Origin: Strigamia acuminata
Lineage: Eukaryota
Assembly: GCA_949358305.1 (NCBI GenBank)
Contig: OX442314.1
Coordinates: 23,808,001 to 23,872,000 of the forward strand
Length of the DNA: 64,000 bases
Direction: 5' to 3'
Part shown: in pieces, positions 43,591-55,363 of the stretch
Layout: each line of letters begins with the position of its first letter
Numbering within the stretch: the first letter of the stretch is position 1
Made by a program: the position numbers and the translations under genes
The notes under the pieces: generated by a model
Databases searched by the model: none
What the model saw: the letters and a program-made list of their open reading frames with translations, nothing else
Told to the model about the DNA's origin: nothing

Positions 43591-44799
43591 GCCAAACTTG
43601 CACTTACAATTATCAAAAACAGTTAACACCATATAAAATATTTCTATGATTGTTTGTCACTTTGTGAAAATAAACGTAATGTCAACATTTTTAACCTAAA
43701 ATTACACTTGCACATTGACAATAATTAATTATCTGTAATGTAATTATATTTTGTCTGTTATTATAAAGAATGCATTTGTTTCTCGTGAAATGCGTGTATT
43801 AATTACTCGAAAAACCTTACACTTTAATAAAATTATTATTATGTCTCCGCACTTTGCGCCAAAATGTGTATTTGTATATATAAAATTTATTATTGCGGCT
43901 AAATAATGCAATTTTCCTCGTAAGAAAATTGCCCATTCTTTTTGCCAAGCAGGACCATTTCTTAGACTAATTTCTGAAGTATGTGGTGCATAATTATGAA
44001 AAAAGTACACAATATGCAAATCTTGCAAATTTAGAATCCAATCGCCATTTGTCTTGGAAAAAAGTAAGATCGTGACTGGAGACAGAATTGCCACTACATA
44101 AACCAAATAACTTTCTTATAAAATGTAAAAATAATGAACAATCATCTCAATCTCAATCCCTAGCCCTTTATTTTTTATTTCATACTACTAAGATGCACCT
44201 GGATAGAAGATGCATCGAGAAAAACCCACTGAAAATCCCTCTAAAAAATTACCTCACTTGACCAATGGGCAGTTGTCACCCTTGGAAAAAACTCGGAAGG
44301 AGATACCTTAATCTGTCAATTTTGGAACTTACCATTATTGTTCCGTCAATCTCGTGTCTTAATTGTCACGAAGCCTTCATAACTGAATCATTGCTGACAG
44401 AAATTTATGCTCATCACCAGATGATCCTCGGTAATTCACACAACCAACTAAGAATGAGAATAAATGAAAACAAAAAATTAGCAGCTAAACAAAAGCTTTT
44501 GTCACCACAGAACAAGATTTCGTAACAAACCTGTTGTAATTGAATGTTTGTTGTACCGCCAGGTGAACGTTTCACCTGCGCACCTGTAACGTCTAATGGA
44601 TGTATTTGGCGCCGACCAATCAGAGTCGTGTGCGCTATTTACTGCTGAATATTGCAAGCCACGCGTTGTTACTTTGTGTCACCCAACTTTCGAACATTTA
44701 AAACTACCACTGCGCTTAATATCGAGATTTGGAACGAAACGATCGGAGAAGTTAAAAAGTTTTGAAACGAACCGTTTTCAAGGAACAAACTCAAAAATA

Positions 44800-45900
44800 A
44801 TGGCGAACGCAGGCGGAAATTCGGCTAAAATCGAAGCTTTGGGGAAGGAGAACTTCGACACGTGGAAAATCCAAATGGAAGCGATTTTGGGAAAAAACCT
44901 CCTTTTAAAGATCGCGGACGGAACATTGGAGCGACCAATCGTCGTACCACACAATGAAAAAACGAGACAAGCCGCCGAAATTTGGGACGTGGGTGACAGA
45001 AACACGAAATACGTTATATTGTTCAACATGAAACCGTCCGAACTCCAACATACGAAGAACTGCAATACCGCAAACGAACTGTGGAAGAAATTGCACAACG
45101 TTTACCAATCGAGAGAACCTGCGAAGAAGACTACTTTGTTAAAAAGACTTGCGACGCACCGAATGGCCGACGGAGAAACCGTAGAGAATCACCTAAAAGA
45201 ATTTTTTGAATTAGTAGACAAACTACAAGAGATGGAGTTTAAAATGCCCGAAGATTTTACAACGATCTTGCTGTTACGCAGTTTGCCTGATTCCTACGAC
45301 AATTTCCGATGCGCGATCGAATCCCGAGATGAATTACCATCACTAGAAGTTCTAGAAAAAGAAATAAAAGACGAATGGAACGCACGCGGAAAAGCAAAGA
45401 GAGACGCGTTTGTCCGCGAAAGAAACGAGATGGCACTAAGAAGCGAGAAGTCAAGACCGAAGATTTGGTGTTTGGACAGTGGTGCAAGTTCGCACTCGTG
45501 TTTGAACGATTCGACTTTTTCAACGATCGAATTCCTGAAAAACCAAAAAGCGAATTTGGCCTGTGTAAAGACGACTATGAACATCAACGGAAAAGGAACC
45601 GCGCACATTATCGTCAAGACCGAGCACGGAAATATGAAATTGGATTTAAAAGAGACTCTTCTAGCGCGAGATTTGCGAATGAATCTAATGTCGGTCGGGA
45701 AGATCACAGAGTTGGGACACACAGTAATTTTTGACAACAAGTCAGCGAAAATCGTAAATTCGAAGGGAGAAATCGTGTTCACCGCCGAAAAACAAAGCGG
45801 ATTGTATTATATCGTCGACAAGACCGAGAACGCTGCAGAGGAAGTCAAGATCGGAACTGAATCGAAAACTGATAAAACGGAAACTGCAAGTAGTTTGAAA
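44800..45900 (+). mobile_element. Ty1/copia gag-protease fragment, truncated before integrase; 3' boundary approximate
   Basis: IEALGKENFDTWKIQMEAIL, LLLRSLPDSYDNF, WCLDSGASSH, NLMSVGKI and GLYYI. No zinc knuckle; the ORF tail runs into unrelated AT-rich DNA. Confidence 0.88.
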
Positions 45901-46019
45901 ACTGCAAGTACGAAATTAAACATAAAACAAATTTTTCTTCAAAAAACAATTTTATATTTTTTTATTTTTTATTTTGCAAGACAATTGTCAAAACGATATA
46001 ATTGAACAGAATTGTTCTT

Positions 46020-47126
46020 GGTATTCTTATGGAAGAGTGTCACCAAAACTGTTACTTAACTGAAATAAAACAACAAAATTTAACATGCCAGTGAGTTATC
46101 TGTTTTGTCCTTTACTTGTTTAGATTCTAACGTTGTGCAGAAAAGCAGATTCAGCCAAACGACAAGTAGTTGGGAAAAATCAAAATAATTTTCATTTTAT
46201 TGTCATTCATTTTGAGCTGCTATTTAATATTCATCCGAATCGTAGAATATTTTGGATTTCCTATCTATGTTATTATTGTACTTGTTTAAGATCGGTATGT
46301 TCAACCACCTACCATAGTATTTTGCTCTGAACATTCCGACGTGTACGAAAACAAAGAAAAGCTCATAAATGATTTTAGAAGTAATGCCTCAAATATTTCT
46401 ACTAACGTTAAATGCGTTGCAGATATAGATATATTAAATTTGCTCGATCAGTTTGAAAATGATGCTGATGAATTATAGGAAGCAACGGATGATAAGGAAA
46501 ACTACGAATTCATAATGGTAAAAAATGTCGATTATCTAATTGCGGTCAATCAGTTGTAAATATGAACAATTTCAGGAAGTGGGAAAGCAGTTTGGTAAAG
46601 ATACGGCATTGTTCATACCAAATTTTGGAAATATGTCCTATCTGGATACTGTATTTGGAAAATGCATCAAAGTGAAAACGGGTCAGTTTACATAATTAAA
46701 ATAAAATTCTGTTCTGTTATATACGTCCACAACCAGAAAGTTGTGCAGACGTAACTGCCTTTCTGAGCATTGTAATACATTTTTGCCTCCGTTCTATTTT
46801 ATAAGAATTCATAAAATGTGCAAATGACAAAATAATTTCTGAATTCCTTCGTTATTTTGACAAATTTTCGAAGGCAGTGTGGAGTACAATCCTGTAACGG
46901 CTGTGCACCATATGGGCTTCAAGATTGGAGGAATGCGTTGTAACTCGCATACTAAGGTTAATCATAATTTATTGAAAACAATCATTTCAGTATTTTAACT
47001 CCCCCCCCCCCCCCCAGGGTATTTTATTCAGCTATTTTTAATGAAATCTGAAGATAGAATTGATTTCCTAACATACAATATTCACCCTCACGACGTTTTA
47101 ATGACCATGAAATACTCAAGACAAAC
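46020..47126 (+). pseudogene. DEG/ENaC copy D remnant (parts of exons 6-10)
   Basis: Close to copy C sequence, but with in-frame stops (GAATTATAG, AAGTAG), indels, deleted module-1 TM2 and a missing donor after exon 10. Confidence 0.87.
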
Positions 47127-47924
47127 CACATTGAATACAGAATAGGAGTACTGTACCGGTATTTTACCAAATTAAAAACCGCGGCTGTTATTCAAAACGG
47201 GCACTCTGAGCGACATTTTTAGCAAACAAAAACGACATTTTTTGCAAACAAAAACGACATTTTTTACCTGAAAGATAGACCGGTCAAATAATGATATATA
47301 AACTTAAAACAGCCAAACTGAAGGGAAGTTTTTTTTTGTCCATGACTATACACAAACAGAGCGTTTCTTCAAGAAATGCTTGCTGCGACTCCGGGAATTT
47401 CAATTAATAACAATACAGTATTATTAATTATTCGCAGTTGATATGCCGTATTAGGGTGAAGTGTGCCTAGGGAGTTTTCACCCCCAAGTTACACTTGGCT
47501 TGTGCTTCGCGTGTGCCAAATTAAGGCAAAATAAAACCAATTCTGTAGTGGTGAAAATAATTTTATTCAAAATAAAATCAAGATCACCACATGCTCTAAC
47601 AATGTATGGTTCCCGTCGTAATTGTAATTGTAATGGTAATTGTAGCGGCTTCGCCTCACCCTTCTAGTCGACCCTAAGCATACCTGCTGCAATTTTCAAA
47701 GACAATGTAGGTTTTCTAGACACGTTGATTGCTAAAAACAAAACCCAGGATTAAAAAAGTGAACAATAAGTGTTTTAAATCCGAAAAATACAACTTAATT
47801 GCATCAAATTAATGCAAAAACTTCCGGAAGAGTATAGTAGTTCATACTTGTTTATTTACAACTGACTGATCTTTAAAATCACAAAAACAAAACACATTTG
47901 CTATTTCTACCTACACTTTCCTAC

Positions 47925-49346
47925 TTAAATTTCGACGCTACAATTAACCAACCTTAAATTCATCCCCTCAGATCTACACTTAGAATGATAAACATGAACA
48001 CTTTGATTAATCCACTTAACAAATGCAGACATTTCACATTTTGTACAATCGAGTGGATTGCCATCTAAATAAACATACTTCAACTCCCTAAAATCAGCCA
48101 ACATCTCTGCTGTCACAATGTTCAATTTATTATTACCAATATACAACTTCTGTAACGCCATGTTTTTCTTATGCACCACGCTTCGATGCCAAGAAACAAC
48201 AAAATTGTAAGAAATTTGCATAGTTTCCAATTTGGCTAACCCAATCTCGTACAAAAGCAGATTGTGAGTAATATTGTTGTTGCTCAAATCCAAATAACTC
48301 AAATTCGGCACCGAAGTGAAAAAAGCACGTCGCTTAACCAAGTGTATGTGGTTATGCGACAAATCCAAATGGACCAATTTATTCATTTGCAGCGACACAC
48401 TCAGAGGTATTTGAGTCAAACGGTTTGAACTCAGATATAACTTCTCCAAATTCGGCCATTTGATGAAAACAGAACTATCAATCGTCTCCAATTGGTTGTC
48501 GGATAAATCAAGTTTCTTCAGATTCAACATGAGTGGAAAACTCTCGTTCCTAATCAACTTCAAGTTATTTCCTTCCAATATCAATTCCTCCAAATTCGTA
48601 CGGGATAAACCAAAAAGCTCATCTCTCGGAATATTCGTCAAATTGATTCTTTTCAGCCACAGCACTGTAAGACGAGGCGAGATATGATACAAAGCATTCG
48701 ATATGTCACTCGCTAATAAGTGATTTTCACTCAGAATTAAATGCGTTAAGTTCTTCAGGTGGGAAAACACGCCTTTGGCCACATTTTTCAGATTGCATTT
48801 AGTAAAATCGATGTAATTTACGGGCGAATTCTCCAGTGCAATTAAATCATCCGCAGCGAGCGATTCCAGCTTGGGATTGTCGGAGAAAATCAACTTGGTT
48901 AAATACATCAACGGTTTAGCTGCAATCGCTATGCTATTGAGCGTCGTTATTTTGTTGGACGAAAAATCGACGATTTCTAAGAGCGGACAAGGTTTCAAGC
49001 TGTTTTCTTCGAAGGATTTCAATAACGCTTTGATTTTCAGTCGTTTCAAGTTCGTCAAGCCTTCAAACGCCGAGTTTTTAACATTTTCCAAGTTCTCGCT
49101 GACTATATTTAAAGTTTTCAGTTGTATAAATTTGATAAATGGTCTTCCTTGAAGGTTTGGATATCTTCCACCAATAATACTCAGCTCAATCGGATCTGAT
49201 GGAAGTCTGGGCAATAGCATGTCATAAATGTTGCTGTTTATAAAACAAATAAAACTTCTTGCTCCAGTTGATTCGCAAATTCTTCTATTAGTTATCAATG
49301 CAGTCGTCAAAAGCGGAAATATAAGAATACAGATGAGTTTGTCCAT
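47925..49346 (-). CDS. Secreted leucine-rich-repeat protein, Toll-ectodomain-like, 473 aa, single coding exon
   Basis: Signal-peptide-like N-terminus (MDKLICILIFPLLTTA), many LxxLxLxxNxL repeats and an LRR-CT (NPLDCTKC..F.KW..C..C). No TM or TIR domain before the stop. Confidence 0.9.
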   Translation of the reverse strand: MDKLICILIFPLLTTALITNRRICESTGARSFICFINSNIYDMLLPRLPSDPIELSIIGGRYPNLQGRPFIKFIQLKTLNIVSENLENVKNSAFEGLTNLKRLKIKALLKSFEENSLKPCPLLEIVDFSSNKITTLNSIAIAAKPLMYLTKLIFSDNPKLESLAADDLIALENSPVNYIDFTKCNLKNVAKGVFSHLKNLTHLILSENHLLASDISNALYHISPRLTVLWLKRINLTNIPRDELFGLSRTNLEELILEGNNLKLIRNESFPLMLNLKKLDLSDNQLETIDSSVFIKWPNLEKLYLSSNRLTQIPLSVSLQMNKLVHLDLSHNHIHLVKRRAFFTSVPNLSYLDLSNNNITHNLLLYEIGLAKLETMQISYNFVVSWHRSVVHKKNMALQKLYIGNNKLNIVTAEMLADFRELKYVYLDGNPLDCTKCEMSAFVKWINQSVHVYHSKCRSEGMNLRLVNCSVEI

Positions 49347-49352
49347 ATTCTT

Positions 49353-49471
49353 CTATGCAATGAGGAAATAAATGTAATTAGTACAAATTGTTGGAGAATT
49401 AAAGTGTGGACGAGCATACCTCTTTCTTCTGCGGAGTGCTTTATTGATGTGTTCACCAGCTGGTTTTATAG
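49353..49471 (-). promoter_or_regulatory. Putative TATA box and 5'-UTR intron of the LRR gene
   Basis: Minus-strand CTATAAAA at 49471-49464; GTATGC...TAG 67-nt intron at 49419-49353, just upstream of the ATG. Confidence 0.5.
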
Positions 49472-50450
49472 TAAAAGACAAGGTCACAAATGAAAGGGTT
49501 AATTCAAGTTGATCTCAATGAAATCTGGTTCGTAGAGGAAGTGAATTGAATTCAAGGTTGGTTTGATTATACGCTATTTTTACTGTCATGGTCAGAAAAA
49601 TCAAAACAAATAAATGAAATGACCAGTACCATATACAAACAAACACTCGATTAATTTTTTGTGACTAGAAAATAATTAAATAATTTAATAATTTCACAAA
49701 CTTTTGTCTGACAATTTTGATTGAATTTTTAAAACAAAAATTGTGGGCGGCATTTCTCAAGTCATTTAGACTAAACGGCGTTTTAAATCACATATTTACG
49801 CTGCTTTTGAAACTGCACGTCTTTATCTAACTTGAAAAATGGCGGCCGATTTTTCTGTTTTCAGTCGCAATGGGCATGCGCAGACATTTTAACAGCAATA
49901 CGAAAATCACAAATTCTGGAAAATAATCACGTTCCAAAGACAGGATCAATTATAGAAGAGTGAGCCTACACACTGACCCGATCGTGGGTGGGAAATAATA
50001 ACATTTAAACCCAAAATTGTAGTGCAATTAAACGATAACAAGGACTTTGAAGACATTTGGGTTCATCGGCTGCTGTTATGGAGTTTCATTCGATCGAATA
50101 AATTATTTCAAAGGTTTTAAATTCAACCACGAACTGAGTCCGTGATTCAACAGAACCAGTCAAAGTAAAAATAATATTCTAATATATTAACTTGGTACTC
50201 ACAACTCAACGGATTTCATCAGACGTTTATCCTAGTGTGCTTAAACACATCGTTTGAAACGATAAACAAGATTTGAATCTTTCGGTCAAAAGTCATGCGA
50301 GACTTGAAATATTTTAGACATTCACACCTGAAAATTAGATTATTCACGTTCTTTATTCAAAATATATATTGACGTAGAATAAATGTTATAATTGTTTCGT
50401 TAATTACCATTTCGCGAGCCACTTCGGTACGTTGATCCCGCTGCTACTAT

Positions 50451-51906
50451 TGCAGTGGCCATGATGGTCACTGAGTGATTCGAAAAGAACAATTTAATAT
50501 TCTTATCATAATTTGTGTGCTTTATCGTGTTTTTTCCAAGTGTTTTAATATTTATTGGACAGAGAAATTGAGAATTCCAGAGCAATCATCACGTTTTTCC
50601 AAATATCATTATGCTGTATCTAAAAGAATAAATATTTTGATGTTTTATTTCTTATATAAAAAAGACTAATTTCTTTATTCTCTCAATCATACTTGATATT
50701 GCACCACATTGAGCAAGGAGAACAGGTGATGCAAAATCACCACAGCAACCAGCCCTGGATGGTGCACAGGATGTGCATCCTGCTCCCGGATAAAGGGTTA
50801 TGGCGCAATCTAAATTCGTATAAGGAGTTGTGGTGCAATTCACCTAGGAGTTCTGGGGAAAATTGCTCTCACAACTTCAGTTCAAGTCTCCTTTTCACCA
50901 GTACCAGTCATGTCATATTTTGCTCCAGTGTTTCTACAAACCCAGTAATAATATGATTGTGATTATCCTGCACCAAAGGAATTTGGATTCACCTTGCTGA
51001 TAGGGTTAAGCAGCTAGGTGTCATCTTGCCAACAGGGATTCTTTGGCTAGATTTTGTCTTGCTATTTGGGATTCAATAGCTAGATTTATCTTGCTCAAAC
51101 AGCCAGTTTGAGTTGAGATTTCAGAGTTTTGAAGCCAAATTGTGTGTAACAATTTGGGAGTTTATCTTTGCACTCAGAGCAAGGGAGTCTTAGCCTTGGA
51201 CTTTAACAAGCGGGCGCCACCTTGAGCGTTTAATCAAGAAGGAATCAAGTACTTGTACGAGATTCACTGTGTGAGACGCACGAGAGACGGACGACATCGC
51301 CGCGACTTACGGAACCACCACGGGACCCGAATTGCGAGACGCCGCCCGAGACGAACCACGACGACCAGCCGCCAAGGAATTTCTCAAGCCCGAGAAATTA
51401 CCCGAACCACTGACCGTCGAGGAGGAGTTTGCAGAAGCGTGAGTAGTGTTGAACAGTGCGAAAGCACGTCCTTTCCGGATTTCCCGGCACTATTCTCGCC
51501 TTTGCGAGTGTTATTTGTCGCCATTCGTAATAATAAGGAGAAGCGCGACGTCGACAAGCCAGCCACGCCGTGGGAGAAGATTGTTTTCCTCATTTTCCAT
51601 TATTACTAACATTTCGATTATTTTAAGTAGTATTGTTTAAATTACGCATTATTTGTATAATTAACCCAATTTTCCCCGAATAAATAACAAATATTCATTT
51701 TAAGCAACCACAGTGTATTTTATTAATAGGTTAAATATTTTAGTCAGTTTAGTCTTGAGAAGGAATATTAATTTAAACATTAATATTTCTCCTCATTAGT
51801 GAAATTATTTGTTTTAGAATATTAGAAGAATATTCAGGTTTTGATAAGACCCGTCGTGGCAACCCGTTGTATCTCATTGGCAAAGGTGACATTTGAGATC
51901 ACAACA
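50451..51906 (+). repeat. 5' LTR of element 3
   Basis: TGCAGTGG...ACAACA. The first 760 bp match 63241-64000; the right end is inferred from the PBS position. Confidence 0.88.
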
Positions 51907-51908
51907 CT

Positions 51909-51921
51909 TGGGGGCCTGGCC
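51909..51921 (+). promoter_or_regulatory. Primer-binding site, tRNA-Pro-like
   Basis: TGGGGGCCTGGCC, 2 nt after CA; same spacing as element 2. Confidence 0.7.
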
Positions 51922-52030
51922 TTTAGATTTGAACCTTAAAAAGTTTTGAATTAACTGAGGGACCTCCATCTTTTATTATTTTAGCATTAAAAGTCTGTTT
52001 CTTTCTTCTCTGTCATTTTCTTGACTAACA

Positions 52031-55000
52031 ATGCCACCGAAGAAAGACAGAACACGTCAACGAGGTGCGAGTACTTCACGTCGTGCAAAGACGCGAGGAA
52101 GAGCGACAGGTGCGGACGGCGCTGAATGTTTTTTCATGCCCTCTCGTACACCGTCCACTGAGTCTGAACATGGACAAGCAGAGGGCGGACAACAGTCGCC
52201 AAATTTACTGACGCAAGATATGCAGACGGGAGAAACTCAAAAAGATGTTGCGCTGACACCTACCAAAACCACTGAATTTCGGCAAGAAGATTACGTGACT
52301 CCAACACATTCACGAGCGAGTAGTGTGAAGTCCAAAGACAGTAAGCCGTATGATAAATGGTCAAAAGAAGAGTTATTAGCGATGGTCAGAGCAACGAGAA
52401 AACGGGTGAAGGAACTGGAAAGTCGGCGCGCGACGCCATCGTCCAGTAGAAGCATTTCCACGTCGGGGACAACGTCACCAACACGTGAACTATTACGTGA
52501 AGTTAGATTTCGGATGCAGCAATTGTTTAATGAGACACAAGATGCAGTTGACGATACAGCACGAAGATATGAAGAAGGCGTACCGCTAACACAAGCAGGT
52601 GCAACTGCGGCAGTAGAAGATGCTGAGAGGAGAACAAAAGAATTTCACGGATTACGGTTGCAAGAAGATCAGCTGATAAAGCAGTATCACATGGAAGATC
52701 GTCATGCGAGAAAACATCGTAAAGATCGTGAAAACCTCAAATTGGCATTAGATAAGCAGCTAAAAGACGTGCAGGACCAGATGGCCGTCGAAAAGGCGCG
52801 ACTTGCGGATGCACAAAACGAAATCACGAAACAAATGGATATCGGGAAAACTCGACTTGCGGATGTGCAAAGAGAAATGACGAGACAAGTGCTATTAGAT
52901 AAAAAAAGGATGGAAGATGATGATTTGCGCCATAAGGAAGCTATGCGAAAAATGGACGAAAACCTTCTGGAAGAAAGAAAGAAAATAGAAGTTGAACGAG
53001 TACGTGTAGAAACAGAACGTAAGCGTGTCCAAGCAGAAAGGGCAAAGTTGGAAACAGCCGTACAAGATGAGAATGATTATTTGCGAAGAGCGACCCTCGA
53101 AGCTCAAGAAGAAGCAGAGAGAGCAAAGCAAGCTTTGTTAGAAATAAAGTATTTGGCGCAACTACAGTATTCTCAGTCGCAACAAGAAGTTCCTACAGAA
53201 TTTGTGATTGAAGACTCGTCAGCTCCAATCAAAAGGGGGAAAGTGAGTGGAATAATTCCACCAGACGACAAAAAATCAACAGCTTCACCCACGAGAAATA
53301 AAAATTTGCTGAATGTTATTGATCAACGAAATCAGAAGCATAACACACCAGGAAAAGATAAATGCAATCCGGAAAATCCGTCAAGACAAGGGGACTGGTC
53401 TGAAACAGAAGGAACGGATTACAAAAGCGATTATCCAAAAAACCTGAGCAAAGAATTATTAAAAGATCAACTTGATGCGAACAGAGAAGGGAAAATGAAC
53501 CTAGATAACACAAGTGGAGGACGAGGAATTACTTTCACTGCACAGTCAGCTGAGAATCGTGAAAAAAGGAAGTATTCACCCGAGCATAGAGCTGGAAGAG
53601 GTGCACAATTTCACGAAGAAAGTGATTATTCGCCAGAGCGCGAAAGAGAACCTCGTAAACATATTAGGACGGGTCAACCTTTTGAAAGAGGCAGAAATGA
53701 AGAAAATTCTCGTCAAAATTACGACCAAAGTCGAAGCGAGTGGGGTTCTTACAGAGAAAACGAACAGAACTACCAAGGACGAAACTCACGTCAACAGCAT
53801 GATCAAGGTCGGGACAGAGGTCCACCACCGGGAGGTTCTTATCGTGATCGACAGGACAGGAATCACTCGAGCCACGATCGAAGCAGGTCAAGAGACAGAA
53901 GTAGAGGCTCAAGGGAGAGTCACAGTCGGTCAAGATCGAGACAAGGCGGATCAATGCATGACGACGATCAAGATGCACAGTTGGGGAGAGAATGGCTAGA
54001 AAAATTTATTTCAGACAAGATTCAAGAAGGGTTGACAGGGAAGTCTGCAAGACAAAAGGCAATGGAAGCAGCTTTGCAGAAGAAAATTAGAAAATATTGC
54101 GCAGTCAATTGGGTACATCGCATAGTGCGAGCAAGTGAAATTAAGTGGGATAGAATAAATCCAGATTTGTTTGACGGCAGTTGGTTGGCAGGAACACAAT
54201 TTCTGGATGAAATTCTAAGATTGGCAAGGAGCCATGGAGCCGATCCACAAGATGCATTGGAGAGAATAATTCCAAAGGCATTAACGGGAGGAGCAGCAGA
54301 TTGGTTTTGCGAAAGTAGATTTACAAATTGGGATAAATTTGCAGCAGGATTCATCAAAGAATATGGCGAGTCTGGAGAGACTTTAATGAAATATTGGGAC
54401 GATTTGCACCAAATGCCAGGTGAAGACATTAGAGAATTCTTAAAGAGAACTGAGGAATTAGTGAAACGTCTGCCCGATCATCAGAGTGATTCGACAATAG
54501 ACAGACAGTTTCGAAAAGGCCTAACAGAATATTCTAAAAGTGTTCTTTTAACCACACACGTACCAGTGGAAAGTTCATTCAAGAAGTTAGCAGAATTCCT
54601 TAGAGATAATCAAGAATTAATTGATGAAACATTTTTAAAATATCTGCCATTTATGGAACAAGAAGCTCGAAAAGACTTCTTACAACAGCAACTGGAATTC
54701 ACCAGAGCAAACTCCAAAATGATGCAACCTCGTTCGAGATTTCAAGCCAACCAAAAAGAAACTAAAGCGATAACGGCAAGAGGTTCGGGAGCTTCACCAC
54801 ACCCACCACCCAGAGTTCCGATGACACCATCAGCAAAATGGGTGCATGACGTGGACGACGACGGTGAACCAACTGGACACACTTTATATCAGATGAACTT
54901 GCCAACGCGACAGGATGTGGACGACTTGATAGAAGCAGCTCAAGCATTCTTTACAAAAAGTAATGTAACGGCGCCGAAGTATCAACCGCCCACTCAACCA

Positions 55001-55330
55001 AAATCTGTACCAGACACGATAACGCCAACAAAGAAAGCCGCTAGGGTGGACATAAGAAAGACACCGCAAGAAATGGTGACGTCAATGCCGCCTGAGCCAG
55101 CTAAACCCACCGAGGAAGATAAGCAACCGGTCAAAGTTGACACTGGAAAGGCGGAAGAGATGCCTGAAGCAACTCCACGTGTCAAATTAACGCCCGAAAC
55201 TTCACCTTGCCACAACTGTGGTCAAATAGGACATTGGGCGAGACAATGCACGCAGCCGCCCAAGCCAGTATCCAAAGAGGAGATGCGCAAGGCAATTCGT
55301 ACATTGACGGAATGCCTAAAAAACATGTAA
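52031..55330 (+). CDS. gag: Gag, 1099 aa (coiled coil, RS-rich tract, capsid-like domain, CCHC knuckle)
   Basis: FDGSWLAGTQFLDEI, LHQMPGEDIREF, CHNCGQIGHWARQC. Confidence 0.92.
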   Translation: MPPKKDRTRQRGASTSRRAKTRGRATGADGAECFFMPSRTPSTESEHGQAEGGQQSPNLLTQDMQTGETQKDVALTPTKTTEFRQEDYVTPTHSRASSVKSKDSKPYDKWSKEELLAMVRATRKRVKELESRRATPSSSRSISTSGTTSPTRELLREVRFRMQQLFNETQDAVDDTARRYEEGVPLTQAGATAAVEDAERRTKEFHGLRLQEDQLIKQYHMEDRHARKHRKDRENLKLALDKQLKDVQDQMAVEKARLADAQNEITKQMDIGKTRLADVQREMTRQVLLDKKRMEDDDLRHKEAMRKMDENLLEERKKIEVERVRVETERKRVQAERAKLETAVQDENDYLRRATLEAQEEAERAKQALLEIKYLAQLQYSQSQQEVPTEFVIEDSSAPIKRGKVSGIIPPDDKKSTASPTRNKNLLNVIDQRNQKHNTPGKDKCNPENPSRQGDWSETEGTDYKSDYPKNLSKELLKDQLDANREGKMNLDNTSGGRGITFTAQSAENREKRKYSPEHRAGRGAQFHEESDYSPEREREPRKHIRTGQPFERGRNEENSRQNYDQSRSEWGSYRENEQNYQGRNSRQQHDQGRDRGPPPGGSYRDRQDRNHSSHDRSRSRDRSRGSRESHSRSRSRQGGSMHDDDQDAQLGREWLEKFISDKIQEGLTGKSARQKAMEAALQKKIRKYCAVNWVHRIVRASEIKWDRINPDLFDGSWLAGTQFLDEILRLARSHGADPQDALERIIPKALTGGAADWFCESRFTNWDKFAAGFIKEYGESGETLMKYWDDLHQMPGEDIREFLKRTEELVKRLPDHQSDSTIDRQFRKGLTEYSKSVLLTTHVPVESSFKKLAEFLRDNQELIDETFLKYLPFMEQEARKDFLQQQLEFTRANSKMMQPRSRFQANQKETKAITARGSGASPHPPPRVPMTPSAKWVHDVDDDGEPTGHTLYQMNLPTRQDVDDLIEAAQAFFTKSNVTAPKYQPPTQPKSVPDTITPTKKAARVDIRKTPQEMVTSMPPEPAKPTEEDKQPVKVDTGKAEEMPEATPRVKLTPETSPCHNCGQIGHWARQCTQPPKPVSKEEMRKAIRTLTECLKNM

Positions 55331-55363
55331 GCGCGATTCCTGCACGGCCAGAGGAACTCGCGC
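55318..55363 (+). promoter_or_regulatory. Predicted -1 ribosomal frameshift signal (gag-pol)
   Basis: A AAA AAC in the gag frame, a 6-nt spacer, then stem GCGCGATTCCT/AGGAACTCGCGC; pol is in the -1 frame. Confidence 0.8.

Noticed and set aside
44596..46005. 469-aa ORF as an intact or domesticated gene
   Set aside because: Copia gag-protease with the knuckle deleted and both ends running into unrelated sequence; no evidence of selection.
47211..47266. Short tandem repeat CGACATTTTTT(A)GCAAACAAAAA, about 2.5 copies
   Set aside because: Real but ordinary minisatellite at a deletion junction.
17383..49346. Functional SGT1-LRR immune cluster
   Set aside because: SGT1 acts on cytosolic clients, while the LRR protein looks secreted and lies 30 kb away; proximity alone is not evidence.
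55207..55317. Pol start at 55207 as listed in the ORF track
   Set aside because: Non-ATG start overlapping gag; the slippery site at 55318 explains entry into pol.
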